From: the human T2T-CHM13v2.0 reference genome, Homo sapiens | DNA: 64,000 nucleotides | Reading direction: 5' to 3' (one strand) | Assembly: GCF_009914755.1 (NCBI RefSeq) | Contig: NC_060928.1 | In this document: piece by piece, positions 60,501 to 64,000 of the stretch | Numbering within the stretch: position 1 is the stretch's first letter | How the letters are laid out: every line of letters starts with the position of its first letter | The notes under the pieces: model-generated | The model's database searches: none | The model's input: the letters and a program-made list of their open reading frames with translations, nothing else | Told to the model about the DNA's origin: nothing | Translations under genes and position numbers: made by a program

Positions 60501-61904
60501 TTTGGGTACTTTGATATTTTATGTACAGTATATAATATGTAGTTTGGGTACTTTGATATTTTAACTACAGTATATAATGCATACTTTGGGTACTTTGATA
60601 GTTTATCTACAGTATATAATAGATACTTTGGGTACTTTGATATATTATGTACAGTATATAATACATAGTTTGGTTACTTTGATATTTTTTGTACAGTATG
60701 TAAAACATACTTTGGGGAGTTTGATATTTTATGAACAGTATATAATACACATTTTGGGTACTTTGATATTTTATGTACGGTATATAATACATACTTTGGG
60801 TACTTTGATATTTTATGTACAGTATATAATTCATACTTTGGGTACTTTGATATTTTATGTACAGTATATAATACATACATTGGGTACTTCGATATTTTAT
60901 GTGCAGTACCCTATATATAGTTTGGGTACTTTGATATTTTATGTCCAGTATAAAATAAATAGTTTTGGTACTTTGATATTTTATGTACAGTATATAGTTT
61001 GAGTACTTTGATATTTAATGTTCAGTTTATTATAAATGTTTGGGTGCTTTCATATTTTATATACAGTATATAATACATACTTTCGGCACTTTGATATTTT
61101 CTGTACAGTATATAATACATACTTTGGGTACTTTGATATTTTATGTATGGTATATAATACATACATTGGGTACTTTGATATTTTATGTAAAGTATATAAT
61201 ATATAGTTTGGTTACTTTGGTATTTTATATACAGTATATAATATATATTATGTGTACTTTGATATATTATGTACAGTATATAATATATAGTATGGGTTGT
61301 TTGATATTTTATGTACAGTATATAATATATAGTTTGGGTAGTTTGATATTTTTAGTACAGTATGTAATATATAGTTTGTTTTATTTGATATTTTATGTAC
61401 AGTATACAATATATAGTATTGGTACTTTGATATTTCATGTAAAGTATATAGTTTGAGTACTTTGATATTTTATATGCAGTTTATTATAAATGTTTGGGTA
61501 CCTTCATATTTTATGTACAGTATATAATACATACTTTGGGAACTTTTATTTTATGTGCAGTATATAATACATACTTTGGGTACTTTGATATTTCATGTAC
61601 AGTATATAATACACACTTTGGGTACTTTGATATTTTATGTAGAGTATATAATACACACTTTGGGTACTTTGATATTTTATGTACAGTATATAATACATAC
61701 TTTGGGTACTTTGATGTATTATGTACAGTATATAATACATACTTTGGGTACTTTGATATTTTATGTACAGTATATAATACATACTATTGGTACTTTGATA
61801 TTTTATGTACAGTATACAATATATAGTTTGAGGACTTTGATATTTTATGTCCAGTATAAAATATATAGATTTCATACTTTGATATTTTATGTACTGAATG
61901 TAGT

Positions 61905-63775
61905 TTGAGTACTTTGATATTTTATGTACACTTTAATATAAAAGTTTGGGTACTTTCATATTTTACGTACAGTATATAATACATACTTTGGGCACTTTGA
62001 TGTTTTATGTACAGTATATAATACATACTTTGGGTTCTTTGATATTTTATGTACAGCATATAATACATAATTTGGGGACTTATATTTTATGTACATTATA
62101 TTATACATACTTTGGGTACTTTTATATTTTATGTACGGTATATAATACACACTTTGGGTACTTTGATATATTATGTACAGTATATAATACATACTTTGGG
62201 TACTTTGATATATTATGTACAGTATATAATACATACTAAGGGTACTTTGACATTTTATGTACAGTACATAATACATACTTTGGGTACTTTGATATTTTAT
62301 GTACAGTATGTAATGCATACTTTGGATACTTTGATATTTTATGTACAGTATATAATACATACTTTGGGTACTTTTATATTTTATGTACAGTATATAATAT
62401 ATAGTTTGGGTACTTTGATATTTTATGTACGGTATATAATACATACTTTGGGTACTTTGATATTTTATGTACAGTATATAATACATACTTTGGGTACTCT
62501 GATATTTTATGTACCGTATACAATATATAGTTTGAGTACTTTGATATTTTATGTACTGTATAAAATATATAGTTTTCGTACTTTGATATTTTATGTACAG
62601 TATATAGTTTGAGTACTTTGATATTTTATGTACAGTTTATTATAAATGTTTGGGTGCTTTCATATTTTATGTACAGTATATAATACATACAAAGGGCACT
62701 TTGTTATTTTATGTACAGTATATAATACATACTTTGGGTACTCTGATATTTTATGTACAGTGTATAATACATACTTTGGGTACTTTGATATTTTATGTAC
62801 AATATATAATACATACGTTGGGAACTTTGATATATTATGTACAGTATATAATACATACTTTGGGTACTTTGATATTTTATCTACAGTATACAACACATAG
62901 TTTGTGTACTTTGATATTTTATGTACAGTATATAATACATACTTTGGGTACTTTGATATTTTATGTACAGTATATAATACATACTTTGGGTACTTTCATA
63001 TTTTATGTACAGTATATAATACATAGTTTGGTTACTTTGATATTTTATCTACAGCTTATAATACATACATTGGATACTTTGATACTTTATGTACAGTATA
63101 TAATACATACTTTGGGTACTTTGATATTTTATGTACAGTATACAATATATAGTTTGAGTACTTTGATATTTTATGTGCAGTATAAAATATATAGTTTTGG
63201 TACTTTCATATTTTATGTACAGTATATAGTTTGAGTACTTTGATATTTTATGTACAGTTTTTTATAAATGTTTGGGTGCTTTCCCATTTTATGTACAGTA
63301 TATAATACATACTAAGGGCACTTTGATATTTTATGTACAGTATATAATACATACTTCGGGTACTTTGATATTTTATGTACGTCATATAATATATAGTTTG
63401 GGTACTTTTATATTTTATGTACAGTATATAATACATACCTTGGGTACTTTGATATTTTATGTACAGTACATAATATATAGTTTGGGTATGTTGATATTTT
63501 ATGTACAGTATATAATACATACTTTGGGTACTTTGATATTTTATGTACAGTATATAGTACATACTTTGGGAACTTTGATATTTTATGTACAGTATGTAAA
63601 ACATACTTTGGTTACTTTGATATTTTATGTACATTATATAATACATACTATTGGTACTTTGATATTTTATGTACATTATACAATATATAGTTTGAGTACT
63701 TTGATATTTTATGTCCAGTATAAAATATATAGATTTCATACTTTGATATTTTATGTACAGAATATAGTTTGAGTA
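61905..63775 (+). repeat. Close copy of 1-1870 at about +61.9 kb
   Basis: ORF-track translations 748..1332 and 62650..63234 are identical (offset 61902). The copies share the variants gtaccgtata and acaaagggcactttgttatt. Confidence 0.85.
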
Positions 63776-64000
63776 CTTTGATATTTTATGTACAGTTTAT
63801 TATAAAAGTTTGTGTACTTTCATATTTTACGTACAGTATATAATACATACTTTGGGCACTTTGATGTTTTATGTACAGTATATAATACATAATTTAGGTT
63901 CTTTTATATTTTATGTACAGCATATAATACAAAATTTGGGATCTTTTATATTTTATGTACATTATATAATACATACTTTGGGTACTTTTATATTTTATGT

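Larger units (their letters stand above)
1..64000. repeat. Human satellite 1A (HSat1A / classical Satellite I / SAR) tandem array, 42-bp monomer, about 1,500 copies, T-rich strand on +; the array runs off both ends of the window
   Basis: The consensus TTGGGTACTTTGATATTTTATGTACAGTATATAATACATACT repeats head-to-tail throughout (19 T, 13 A, 6 G, 4 C). Its reverse complement splits at the two GTAC sites into ACATAAAATATCAAAGT (17 bp) and ACCCAAAGTATGTATTATATACTGT (25 bp), the A/B subunits known for human Satellite I. Family recognised from memory, not by database search. Confidence 0.95.

Noticed and set aside
18-63772. Hundreds of ORFs of 60-300 aa on both strands
   Set aside because: All are translations of the 42-bp (14-codon) monomer. 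They overlap in up to four frames, mostly start at TTG or incidental ATGs, and end at indel or stop variants. There is no domain or gene structure.
1-64000. CRISPR-like array or repeat-spacer system (regular boundary with variable intervening lengths)
   Set aside because: The intervening sequence is more satellite monomer, not unique spacers. There is no leader and there are no cas genes.
1-64000. Alpha satellite, HSat1B (DYZ2), HSat2/3 or telomeric repeat
   Set aside because: I saw no 171-bp monomer, CENP-B box, Alu fragment, CATTC/GGAAT or TTAGGG runs. The isolated ttaggg hexamers are single-monomer variants.
1-64000. Transposon insertion, unique island or inversion hidden in the array
   Set aside because: I saw none on reading through. 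The T-rich strand and monomer register persist end to end, and the ORF track shows no non-repeat peptide. A very short insert could have been missed by eye.
1-64000. Assignment to a specific chromosome, or to human versus another ape
   Set aside because: It cannot be determined without alignment, because HSat1A occurs on several chromosomes and there is no unique flank in the window.
1-64000. Monomer variants as an information-bearing code or programmed diversification system
   Set aside because: The variant patterns are explained by inheritance through nested duplication, deletion and conversion. No recombinase, reverse transcriptase or expression locus is present.

Overview
The whole 64 kb window is one uninterrupted, single-orientation tandem satellite array. 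Its 42-bp monomer (TTGGGTACTTTGATATTTTATGTACAGTATATAATACATACT, 24% GC, two GTAC/RsaI sites giving 17+25 bp subunits) matches classical human Satellite I / HSat1A (RepBase SAR), so this is human or great-ape (peri)centromeric or acrocentric heterochromatin. I found no genes, RNA genes, transposon insertions, inversions or CRISPR arrays. All listed ORFs are by-products of a 14-codon repeat. I do not see a new gene-based system. The notable content is architectural. A conserved 35+41-bp 'punctuation' with stereotyped flanking monomers occurs about 87 times by my manual count and divides the array into variable-length units of mostly 42n-8 bp. These units are shuffled as a mosaic of nested duplications with offsets from 126 bp to about 62 kb. 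There are also visible crossover points, one length-neutral conversion-like event, linked compensating indels and CpG-decay footprints. Coordinates were derived by eye and from ORF-track offsets, so block edges are approximate.
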